Shown here piece after piece: positions 55,725 through 64,000 of a DNA stretch of 64,000 nucleotides. The position numbers and the translations under genes are program-made. The stretch covers positions 1-64,000 of IMG/VR virus record IMGVR_UViG_3300025401_000022; one strand, given 5' to 3'. This stretch comes from a virus. The notes under the pieces are model-generated. The model saw nothing but the letters and a program-made list of their open reading frames with translations. It was not told the origin of the DNA and did no database searches. How positions within the stretch are numbered: the first letter of the stretch is position 1; each line of letters starts with the position of its first letter.

Positions 55725-58700
55725 GCGGCGGAAATCCGATAAGTGCTGTAACAGACGCTTTTTCGAGTGCCCTTGGTACTGATGGTAGCCATGGTGGTTT
55801 ATTGGGTCTTGGTGCCCAATTAGATAAATCAGTACGACAAGTTGTTCCTGGAGGCTGGGCTACTATTGGTTTAGCTGCTCTAGCTATTGCCGCGCCGTAT
55901 GCAGCACCCGAATTATTTGCTGCGGCCCCAACTAGCATTGGTTTTGATGCTGCTGCAACAGGCGCTTCAGCTGGTATGACCGCTGGGGGAGTCGGTGCTT
56001 CTGGTGGAATTTTAGGTGGTGCTGCCACAACAGCTGCCGGTATTACAGGTACTGAGGCAGCCGCTGGATTAGGTTTAGGCGCTGCTGCAAATGCTGGACT
56101 GTCTCCAGCTGTTGCGTCGATGTTAAGCTCGGCGCAGACTGGTGCGTTAACCGGTGGTGCTATGGGTGGTATTAACAGTGCTATTCGTGGAACTGACCCG
56201 TTAACGGGCATTTTGTCCGGTGCGTTGATGGGTGGATTAACTGGTGCATCTTTAGCAGATGTATCTAGTTTATTAGCCGCTAATGGTGTTCCACAATCCA
56301 TGATTCAGCCAATGTCTTCTGCATTAGTTGGTGCTGCAAAATCTGTAGCAGCCGGCGCGGACCCTGTTACTGTATTAGAAAATACCGCGTTAAGTTCTGG
56401 GCTGGGCGCTCTATCTAATTCAGCTAAAGCATTAATCTCACCAGACATTGGTACTACCGCATCTAATATTGCTACCAGTGCCGGTACTGGTGCATTGGGT
56501 TCTGCTATTAAGGGTGGGGACCCAACAACGGGGGCATTAAGTGGGGCTGTTGGTTCTGGATTAAATTCTTTGATGGCCCCAGTTGCAAATATTTTGTCAT
56601 CGGCTTCTTCAACATCACCGTACGACCCAACAGTTGCTCAGACACCTGTAGATCCAGCCAGCACAGTACTCGGGCAGCAGCTATCACAAGAAGCGCAGAC
56701 TATTGGTAGTCAGGCTTCTGCGTTAGAACCGACTATTGCACAGCAAAATGCTGCCTTAGCTTCACAAGCTACAGCTACAAACAGCGCTTACGATCAGGCA
56801 TATAAAGATCAAACAGCGTTAAATAACGCAATTAGCAGCGCATACACTCCAGCATATAATAATGTTGTGAGTTTACAAAAAACAGCAAATGATTTATACA
56901 GTCAGATTACTCCACTACAATCTGCCTACGATACAAATGCTGCTGCTTACAAGGCAGACCCAACAAATACAACGGCGTTGACAGCGGCTAATGACGCAGC
57001 AACTCAATTAAATAATTTAATACCTCAGTATAATTCAGCATATGATGCGTTTAATACCGCAAATACCTCGTTAACTGATTTATACAACACACAAATTGCC
57101 CCGTTACAGCAGACGTTCCAAGCTAGCAATCAATCATTGCAAACACAACTTGGTAATTATACTGCAGCTCAAACGGCACTACAAAACACAACGCAGCAAT
57201 TTAGCACTTATTTATCTAACCTAAACCAGATCGCTAGCGGTAATTTGGTTAGTGGCGTGAACGCCCCGGAGACATCTTTAGGTAACGCAAATGCGGTTTC
57301 GCAAATACCTGCAGCTCCTGAATCAAATCCAATCACTGATGCTGCTAGCGCGGTACTGAATGCGATTATACCAAGTGCAAATGCTGCTGAGCCCATCCCC
57401 GGTGATAAGGGCTCAGTAACAGTTCAAAATATTGGTGACAATACCACAACCGCAGCCCCAGACAATCCAGTAGTAGATGTATCTGCGCCAGATTCACAAG
57501 GTAATGTTACAAAAACCTACGCTTCTGGTGATGCTATTACATTGAATGCTAATGGAGATGTTGTTTCATCAACAACTCCAGATGGAGTTACAACGCCAAT
57601 AACACCTGCAGATAGTTCCGCACCTGTCGATAATACAACACCAGCAACAAGTACGGGTGTTTCATCTTCAGATGTTGTGGCTAATTTGGCTGCAAATCAA
57701 CCAGCAAGTACACCAGTAGACCAACCAGTGACTCCACCGGTACAACAACCGGTAAGTACTCCGGTAGACCAACCAGTGACTCCACCGGTACAACAACCGG
57801 TAAGTACTCCGGTAGACCAACCAGTGACTCCACCGGTACAACAACCGGTAAGTACTCCGGTAGACCAACCAGTGACTCCACCGGTACAACAACCGGTAAG
57901 TACTCCGGTAGACCAACCAGTGACTCCACCGGTACAACAACCGGTAAGTACGGATACTGGTGGCCTTGCAAATACTCCAGTATCCCAGCCAACAACAAGT
58001 GGTGGATTACCAGTACCTGTTAACCAAGTAACTAATCCTGATAGCAGTGTAACAACTACTTACTCAGATGGTAGCCAATCTACTTCTTCTGGTACAACAG
58101 CTATTGGTGGCTTAACAGCTGGTACAAGTACAGGTACAAGCACTGGAACCACTACAGCTGGTACAGGTACAAGCACTGGAACCACTACAGCTGGTACAGG
58201 TACAGGTGCAGGTACAAGCACTGGAACCACTACAGCTGGTACAGGCAGTACATCAACTGGTACAGGCAGTACATCAACTGGTACAGGCAGTACATCAACT
58301 GGTACAGGCAGTACATCAACTGGATTAGGCAATTTAGGAATGGCTACAACAGGAACAACACAAACTTTAGGAGGCGTGGCTTTGCCAACAGCTAAGACAA
58401 TTAAGGGCACGCAGATCGCCTCACCTTTGGCCCAATCATATAATGTGCCAATCGAAACATATCAGCAGCCGACATACAACCCACAGTCTTTAGCTGAAAT
58501 TCAAAATGCCGCTGAAGGCGGATTAATACACATGGCTAGTGGTGGTTCTGCTGATTTTCCAGCAGCTCAGGGCTTAATGCACGGTCGCATGACCAAGCAT
58601 GCTGATTTATTTGGTTTAGATGGCGCTGCACTAGCACAAGCACCACATTTAGCTGCTGGCGGTAATATGGCATTTGAAGACCGCACATTACCAGAGGGGC

Positions 58701-59002
58701 ACAATCCTCAGTTCTTTAGCGAAGGTGGATTAAATTCAATCCATCACCGCTATGTAACTGGCCAAGGTGATGGCACTAGCGACTCTATTCCAGCGATGTT
58801 AGCAAACGGTGAGTTTGTTATTCCCGCTGATGTGGTATCATCACTGGGTAACGGCAGCAATGATAGTGGTGCTAAGGTATTAGACGAGTTCCTTAAAACA
58901 ATCAGAGAGCATAAGCGTAAAGCTGATGCCAAACACCTACCACCTGACAGCAAGGGCGCGTTGGGTTATTTATTAGAAGCAAAAAGAAAAGCGAGCAAAT
59001 AA
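55721..59002 (+). CDS. Large DNA ejection / internal virion protein
   Basis: Gly/Ala-rich N-terminus, coiled coil, Pro/Thr repeats, C-terminal GDGTSDSIPAML.NGEFV.PADVV domain. Confidence 0.65.
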   Translation: MSGGNPISAVTDAFSSALGTDGSHGGLLGLGAQLDKSVRQVVPGGWATIGLAALAIAAPYAAPELFAAAPTSIGFDAAATGASAGMTAGGVGASGGILGGAATTAAGITGTEAAAGLGLGAAANAGLSPAVASMLSSAQTGALTGGAMGGINSAIRGTDPLTGILSGALMGGLTGASLADVSSLLAANGVPQSMIQPMSSALVGAAKSVAAGADPVTVLENTALSSGLGALSNSAKALISPDIGTTASNIATSAGTGALGSAIKGGDPTTGALSGAVGSGLNSLMAPVANILSSASSTSPYDPTVAQTPVDPASTVLGQQLSQEAQTIGSQASALEPTIAQQNAALASQATATNSAYDQAYKDQTALNNAISSAYTPAYNNVVSLQKTANDLYSQITPLQSAYDTNAAAYKADPTNTTALTAANDAATQLNNLIPQYNSAYDAFNTANTSLTDLYNTQIAPLQQTFQASNQSLQTQLGNYTAAQTALQNTTQQFSTYLSNLNQIASGNLVSGVNAPETSLGNANAVSQIPAAPESNPITDAASAVLNAIIPSANAAEPIPGDKGSVTVQNIGDNTTTAAPDNPVVDVSAPDSQGNVTKTYASGDAITLNANGDVVSSTTPDGVTTPITPADSSAPVDNTTPATSTGVSSSDVVANLAANQPASTPVDQPVTPPVQQPVSTPVDQPVTPPVQQPVSTPVDQPVTPPVQQPVSTPVDQPVTPPVQQPVSTPVDQPVTPPVQQPVSTDTGGLANTPVSQPTTSGGLPVPVNQVTNPDSSVTTTYSDGSQSTSSGTTAIGGLTAGTSTGTSTGTTTAGTGTSTGTTTAGTGTGAGTSTGTTTAGTGSTSTGTGSTSTGTGSTSTGTGSTSTGLGNLGMATTGTTQTLGGVALPTAKTIKGTQIASPLAQSYNVPIETYQQPTYNPQSLAEIQNAAEGGLIHMASGGSADFPAAQGLMHGRMTKHADLFGLDGAALAQAPHLAAGGNMAFEDRTLPEGHNPQFFSEGGLNSIHHRYVTGQGDGTSDSIPAMLANGEFVIPADVVSSLGNGSNDSGAKVLDEFLKTIREHKRKADAKHLPPDSKGALGYLLEAKRKASK
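57701..57951 (+). repeat. In-frame 48-bp tandem repeat, five copies plus a partial (PVSTPVDQPVTPPVQQ)
   Basis: Units start at 57701, 57749, 57797, 57845 and 57893. Confidence 0.9.
58126..58325 (+). repeat. In-frame Gly/Thr/Ser repeats, including 21-bp GGTACAGGCAGTACATCAACT x4
   Basis: Direct reading. Confidence 0.85.
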
Positions 59003-60036
59003 TGGCAACAACTGGATCCTCTGGATTAAATAACGCGCTATCAAACACCGCGGTCACCCAGACCACGCTACCGAGTTGGTATGATACCGCGCAACAAAAT
59101 ATCATTAACCAAGCTGGCACAGCGCAGCAGGCTGCTCCGCAGTTTCAAAATACTGCTGCTCAGGGTGCAGTTAATACGCTTCAAGGTGCTAATAATCCAT
59201 TTACCCAAGCATCTGGCACATTAAATACAATTGCTCAGGGTGCCGCTAACCCTTGGATCGTAGATCAAAGCACTGGTGCTGTAACACCGAATACCAGTAC
59301 CGCTTTAGGTGGATTATTTGCTGCTCAAGGCCAGCAACTTAACACCATGCTGCCATCTCTCACTTCTGGCGCAGAAGGTGCAGCAATCGGTTCGGGTAAC
59401 TTTGGTAGCTTGCGTGGTCAGACAGCGGTTGACACTGCTAAGACCCAAGCACTCGCTAATTTGCAAGCACAACAGATGCAATCTGCGTTGCAAAACCAAC
59501 AGACTGGTGTATCGGCTTCAACCGGTTTGGGCAACGTTGGTGCACAAGGTATTTCTTCTGGTTTAACAACTGGTGCAGCTCAAATGAATGCGCCGTTCCA
59601 AGGAGTTACAAACTATGCCAACTTGGTCAATGCAGTCAACGCACCTACTACAGCATCACAGCAAACTCAGTTATCACCATTAAACATGTTGGGTTCAATT
59701 GGAAGTGCTGGCACTGGTTTATTAAATAGTTTGTTACCGACTGGGGTATCTGGAACTTCGGGATATAATCCGGGGGTTCTTAACCAACTCCAAAGTTTGT
59801 TCCCATCGCTTTTCGGAAGTAACAGTAGTGGTTCTAGCAATTCTATATACAACCCAAATATTGTGTCGACCGGCGGTAGTGGTACAGTTACAACCAATGA
59901 CGGACTTTCAAATATCAATACTGGTGGTACTGGCGGTACATCTACTGTGGTTGATAATACAACCGGGCAAGTATTAAACACAACATCTAACCAAACTTTG
60001 CAAGACCAGCAAGTTGCTCAAGATCTACAACAATAA
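59002..60036 (+). CDS. Putative ejection protein
   Basis: T.LP.WY, G.FGS.R motif; Gln/Gly/Ala-rich. Confidence 0.6.
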   Translation: MATTGSSGLNNALSNTAVTQTTLPSWYDTAQQNIINQAGTAQQAAPQFQNTAAQGAVNTLQGANNPFTQASGTLNTIAQGAANPWIVDQSTGAVTPNTSTALGGLFAAQGQQLNTMLPSLTSGAEGAAIGSGNFGSLRGQTAVDTAKTQALANLQAQQMQSALQNQQTGVSASTGLGNVGAQGISSGLTTGAAQMNAPFQGVTNYANLVNAVNAPTTASQQTQLSPLNMLGSIGSAGTGLLNSLLPTGVSGTSGYNPGVLNQLQSLFPSLFGSNSSGSSNSIYNPNIVSTGGSGTVTTNDGLSNINTGGTGGTSTVVDNTTGQVLNTTSNQTLQDQQVAQDLQQ

Positions 60037-60045
60037 GGAATAATT

Positions 60046-62316
60046 ATGGCAGGCTTAGACAATATTCCAAAATACGAAGATGGTGGTGAAGTTGTGGTAA
60101 CCCCAGCAAGCGTTAAGGGACAACCCACCGTTGCTGGTAAAGTTCCACTTGACCCAACTGAAACAGCTAACATTTTGGCTGGTATGCAACAAATGCTTGA
60201 CGAGCGCACTGGCCCAATGGCTCAGTTTATGAGCGGATTAAAAGATGCCGCAGCTTGGACAGCCGGTGGCGCACAGGGCCCTAGTGAAGCGTTAAACCAA
60301 CGCGCTATTGTAAAAAATGCCGAAGACAAAGACCTCATGGGCATTCGTAGCCAAATGGCTACTTACCGCAGCGCTGCAGCTCAAAACGAAATAGCTAAGC
60401 AACATCTTCAAAATTTGATGGGTGGTTCTGGAACTATCCCTGGCATTGCAGGTACTGCTTCCCAACACGCTAAATTGCTAAACGATCCCAATATACAATT
60501 ACGTATGTCAGCATTACCTGAATGGGATTATCAAGGCCGTTTAGATATTCTTGGCGACGCAGCTAAAACTGAATTTGGTAATATTTCTAAGAGCCGTTCT
60601 GAAGCTGCTTCAAACACTCCGCAGGATTATATGATCCCGGGTGTTGGTCCAATGCGCATGACTCCAAATCAATTTAATGATTTACCGCAAGATATTAAAC
60701 AGAAAATTGAAATGGAAACCCTTAAGCAGTTTGGTAAGTTGCCTGGTGCCCCTGTAACTGGTACAGCAAATACCCCATCTGCTGCTACGGGAACTCAAAC
60801 AACAGCCCCAACTGGTGATGCTGCTGCTGCACGTGTCGCTACTAATGAGTCTGGTGCTAATCCAAACGTCGGTTACCATGACTTGTCTAAGAGCTCTGCT
60901 TACGGAACTTATGGTATTACTAAAGGTGCTTACCAAGACATTCAAGCGGCTAATCCTAAATTCAAAGATCGTCCAATTACTTCACTTACTCCTGCTGAGC
61001 AAACTGAAGCGTTTAATACGTATCGCCAGTTATCTGGTAATCGCTTGTCACAATTAGGTGTTGAGACTTCACAGCCAAATTTAGACTTGGCGCATTTCTT
61101 GGGTGCCGATGGCGCTGCAAGATTCCTAAAGAATGGCACCATTAGTGACGCAGCTGCCGCCGCTAACGGCGGTAGAGAAAAAGCAACGGCAATTGCTCAA
61201 AGCCTTTTAGGTGGCAAACCAACTACCGTATCCCCTGCTGCAGGACAACAAACTGCCCCATTGCCTCCTCACCCGTCAACCATTAAGCCTGCTGCTCCAA
61301 TCGGTGCTGCTACTCCTACAGTTAATGAGTGGGATGACAACACTAAGATGTTGCCTAAGAATGAATGGGACGACAATACTAGAATGTTACCAGGCCATGC
61401 TGCTCCTGCCGCTGCTCCTGCCGCTGCTCCTGCCGCTGCTCCTGCCGCTGCTCCTGCCGCTGCTCCTTCTCTTTCACCAATCTCTTCTGCAGCTGCAGCT
61501 CCGGCTCCGGCTCCGGTTGCTACAGAGCCTCAGCCAGATCCAGCTAAATATGGTAGTAACTATGAAGCATTTAAAAATGATTTAGCTGCGTGGCAAAAAC
61601 GTCAAGAAGAACGTGCTAAAGGTCTTGGAACTGCTTCAACTAAGACAGCTGAGCAAGATACCGATAAGAAAAATGAGTATCGTGATAGCCTTGATACAAC
61701 TCAAAAAACTTTTGACCAGTATGACCGTTTATTGAGTACTTCTAAAGGTAACTCAAATGCGTTTAATTTGGCTGGTGGTTTTGTTGGTTCTGCAGCAGCT
61801 AAAGTAACACCGCAGTTAAGCTCAGACCCTTCTGAACACCATGCAATTGCTAGAACTTGGTTCTCCAATAGTCCATTGTATACTCACTTTAAAAATATTG
61901 ATCAAGGTGCTGCTGAAGCACAAGCTGCTTGGGCTAAAAACTTAGTGCAAGGTGCTGGTGGTCGATTGACCAACGCTGATTTGCAACTTGGTAAGCCTGC
62001 TAAGGGTGTTGGTGTTGAGACTACCTATGAGTCACACATGGCAAACTTAGCTAAAAACATGCAAGATATTCGCACTGCGTATTATCGCGCAGTTGAGTTC
62101 CAAAAATGGGAAAAACAACATCCTGAAGGGACAGCTGCCCAGTTTGAATTGACACCATACTATCAAACTTATTCTAAAGTGGATGCTGCAAGGGACGTAG
62201 CTAAGAAGTTTTTAGATGTTCCTGAAGTTATTGGTAAGGGTAGTGATAAATACATTCACAAAGATACAAACGGCAAACCTTATGTAATAGTTAACGGAGA
62301 GGCTTACCCACTATAA
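60046..62316 (+). CDS. Ejection protein with lytic-transglycosylase-like domain
   Basis: NESG.N......SSAYGTYGIT...Y, LAHFLG..GA; AAPA and NEWDDNT.MLP repeats. Confidence 0.7.
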   Translation: MAGLDNIPKYEDGGEVVVTPASVKGQPTVAGKVPLDPTETANILAGMQQMLDERTGPMAQFMSGLKDAAAWTAGGAQGPSEALNQRAIVKNAEDKDLMGIRSQMATYRSAAAQNEIAKQHLQNLMGGSGTIPGIAGTASQHAKLLNDPNIQLRMSALPEWDYQGRLDILGDAAKTEFGNISKSRSEAASNTPQDYMIPGVGPMRMTPNQFNDLPQDIKQKIEMETLKQFGKLPGAPVTGTANTPSAATGTQTTAPTGDAAAARVATNESGANPNVGYHDLSKSSAYGTYGITKGAYQDIQAANPKFKDRPITSLTPAEQTEAFNTYRQLSGNRLSQLGVETSQPNLDLAHFLGADGAARFLKNGTISDAAAAANGGREKATAIAQSLLGGKPTTVSPAAGQQTAPLPPHPSTIKPAAPIGAATPTVNEWDDNTKMLPKNEWDDNTRMLPGHAAPAAAPAAAPAAAPAAAPAAAPSLSPISSAAAAPAPAPVATEPQPDPAKYGSNYEAFKNDLAAWQKRQEERAKGLGTASTKTAEQDTDKKNEYRDSLDTTQKTFDQYDRLLSTSKGNSNAFNLAGGFVGSAAAKVTPQLSSDPSEHHAIARTWFSNSPLYTHFKNIDQGAAEAQAAWAKNLVQGAGGRLTNADLQLGKPAKGVGVETTYESHMANLAKNMQDIRTAYYRAVEFQKWEKQHPEGTAAQFELTPYYQTYSKVDAARDVAKKFLDVPEVIGKGSDKYIHKDTNGKPYVIVNGEAYPL

Positions 62317-64000
62317 TGAGCGACGATAACAGATATACCCCGCTACCTAAAGAACTGCATACCCACGACGCTGGGGTAACTCCCCAGCCAGTAGTTACTG
62401 AAGGTAATGCTGGAAACTATGCCCCAGTACCGATAAACCAAGTACAAACTGGTGGTGAAGACCCGCAAATAAAACATCCTTCTGCCTATTCTGCTAACGA
62501 TTACGGTTTAGTTGGAGCTGGTTTGGGTCTTACTGGCGCAGAAACATTAAATACGGCAAAATTAGCTGGTGAGAAATTGGGCATTGTTCCGCAGAGTTTG
62601 CAAAGATATGCGGATACTCAGATTGGGCACAAGTTTAATCTCCCTTTGGAAGCATTAAAAAAGGAAGCTGGGGTGCCTTATGATTTGGAAACATACCCAC
62701 TAATTCAACGTGCAATTAAAAAGGTATCGGGTTCGGAAGCGGTTCCAGATGCGTACAAAAAAGTATATACTGTTGGCCCAAATGGTAAGCCTGTGTTTAG
62801 CCACATGGAAATTACTCCGGGCACACCTGAAGTCCCTCCGGTTGACCTTAGCAAATATAAAAGAACCCCAATGCAGATTGCAAAACACTTTGGTGAGTTG
62901 CCTGTGCGCGCGGGTGTAGCTGGTTATGATATTGGCCGTGGTCTTAGCGATCCTACTTCCATTGGTGGTTTGGCTGACATCGGCGCAGGTATTTCTGCCG
63001 CTGCAGCTCCGCTTTTAAAAGGTAAAGCAAAAACTATTGCTAACGTAGCTGGTGCATTGCCTATCGTTGGTGGTCTTATTCCAGGTGCTAGCGCTGCTCC
63101 ATTAAAGCCACATGAAGTTGCTGGTACTGCTGTTGACTTAGCCACTGGTTGGATGTCACCTACTGAGTTAGGTAAAGGCACAACGCAACCTGAAAATGAA
63201 GCATACTATCCCGGTATGACTGGTATTTTACATGGCACAACACTTCCACCCGGCCATGCCGAAGGGGGTGACATAAAAAAGTCTCCGGCCAGTATAGCTG
63301 GCACCCTACAAGAGGTTGGTACAGTACAGGGACCTAGCCTTGCATCAAAGTGGGCTGAGCACTTAGCCTCACTGCCACAGACCACAGAAGACAATCTGCG
63401 TCACCAGCAAGACGTAATGAACCGCGCCATGCCTATCAGCATGAACAACGGCAAACTTGAGTTTGGTCAGGCTGACCCAGAGGCAATGCGCGAGATGACC
63501 GACATGGTATCTGGTATTGGTGGTATGACTAAGGTTGTCAAAGATCCGATTATCAACGCGCTGTCAAAAGTAATGGAGCCGATTAAAAAATCTGGCGCAC
63601 AACTGGCACGCGAGGCTGAGTACGTTCACGATGTAAGACCAACACACAATTTCTCAGAAGCACCAAAAATTAGTATCCAGGACTTACAGGGTGGATACTT
63701 AGTTGGTGTCCCTGGAGATAGGTCACTGGCAGGGCACTCATTAGTATCTGTAAACGGTGTGCCGCTTAGTAAAGATACTGGATTGTACGGTGGCCCGCGT
63801 TATGGTCAGCGTAAATCTGACCTTGGTGAAGATACATTTTGGGCATCAAAAAGCGGCGCCGCAACTGCGCTGCAAAACAAAGCAAGAAGAGCTGCGGAAT
63901 TAGCTGGGGATAATCCAGTGTTTGGTATGTATACTGCCATGGCACCAGACTCTTCTAACTTTGCGTTACACCACACAGAGGCTTTGGTAAATCAATTAGA
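62316..64000 (+). CDS. Large internal virion protein, truncated by the window end
   Basis: ATG overlaps the upstream stop (MSDDNRYTPLP...); apparently open to the edge; contains HAEGG. Confidence 0.6.
   Translation, partial: MSDDNRYTPLPKELHTHDAGVTPQPVVTEGNAGNYAPVPINQVQTGGEDPQIKHPSAYSANDYGLVGAGLGLTGAETLNTAKLAGEKLGIVPQSLQRYADTQIGHKFNLPLEALKKEAGVPYDLETYPLIQRAIKKVSGSEAVPDAYKKVYTVGPNGKPVFSHMEITPGTPEVPPVDLSKYKRTPMQIAKHFGELPVRAGVAGYDIGRGLSDPTSIGGLADIGAGISAAAAPLLKGKAKTIANVAGALPIVGGLIPGASAAPLKPHEVAGTAVDLATGWMSPTELGKGTTQPENEAYYPGMTGILHGTTLPPGHAEGGDIKKSPASIAGTLQEVGTVQGPSLASKWAEHLASLPQTTEDNLRHQQDVMNRAMPISMNNGKLEFGQADPEAMREMTDMVSGIGGMTKVVKDPIINALSKVMEPIKKSGAQLAREAEYVHDVRPTHNFSEAPKISIQDLQGGYLVGVPGDRSLAGHSLVSVNGVPLSKDTGLYGGPRYGQRKSDLGEDTFWASKSGAATALQNKARRAAELAGDNPVFGMYTAMAPDSSNFALHHTEALVNQL

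Noticed and set aside
57701-57951. Possible CRISPR array
   Set aside because: Contiguous in-frame 48-bp units with no unique spacers and no cas genes; this is a coding repeat.
1-64000. tRNA/rRNA genes, IS elements, stop-codon recoding
   Set aside because: No cloverleaf, rRNA or transposase signatures were noticed by eye; genes tile densely under the standard code.

Overview
The window is entirely tailed-phage (Caudoviricetes) DNA and appears to contain parts of two podovirus-like genomes. Segment A (1 to ~15.4 kb, AT-rich) has a tail fibre, P22 gp4/gp10-like neck proteins, ejection proteins, a holin/spanin/GH19 lysis cassette and a convergent SSB/YqaJ block. Segment B (~15.7 to 64 kb) has a minus-strand early/replication region (primase-polymerase-SF3 helicase, truncated sigma70-like protein, many small ORFs) and a non-coding control region. 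It continues with TerL, portal, GroES, scaffold, major capsid, fibres, a glycosyltransferase cluster, a second lysis cassette, a second neck set and ejection proteins. The doubled virion and lysis modules suggest an assembly chimera, or a hybrid, joined near 15.4-16.1 kb. Main findings: (1) Gly-X-Ser collagen-like fibre genes flanking GT2/methyltransferase/split-GT9 genes, a candidate virion O-glycosylation system; (2) a sigma factor lacking region 4 plus nine copies of GCGTATTAGT, five with GGGCG exactly 15 bp upstream; (3) an extein-less, degenerate intein/LAGLIDADG protein in the small-terminase position; (4) a type II hammerhead ribozyme with complementary sites in a ~235-nt structured leader; (5) twin origin-like palindromes with DnaA-, IHF- and Fur-like sites; (6) a shared phi-x-x-G-G motif in internal virion proteins; (7) two further unannotated structured RNAs. 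All calls come from reading motifs by eye; no database searches were run. A freshwater betaproteobacterial host is only an impression.
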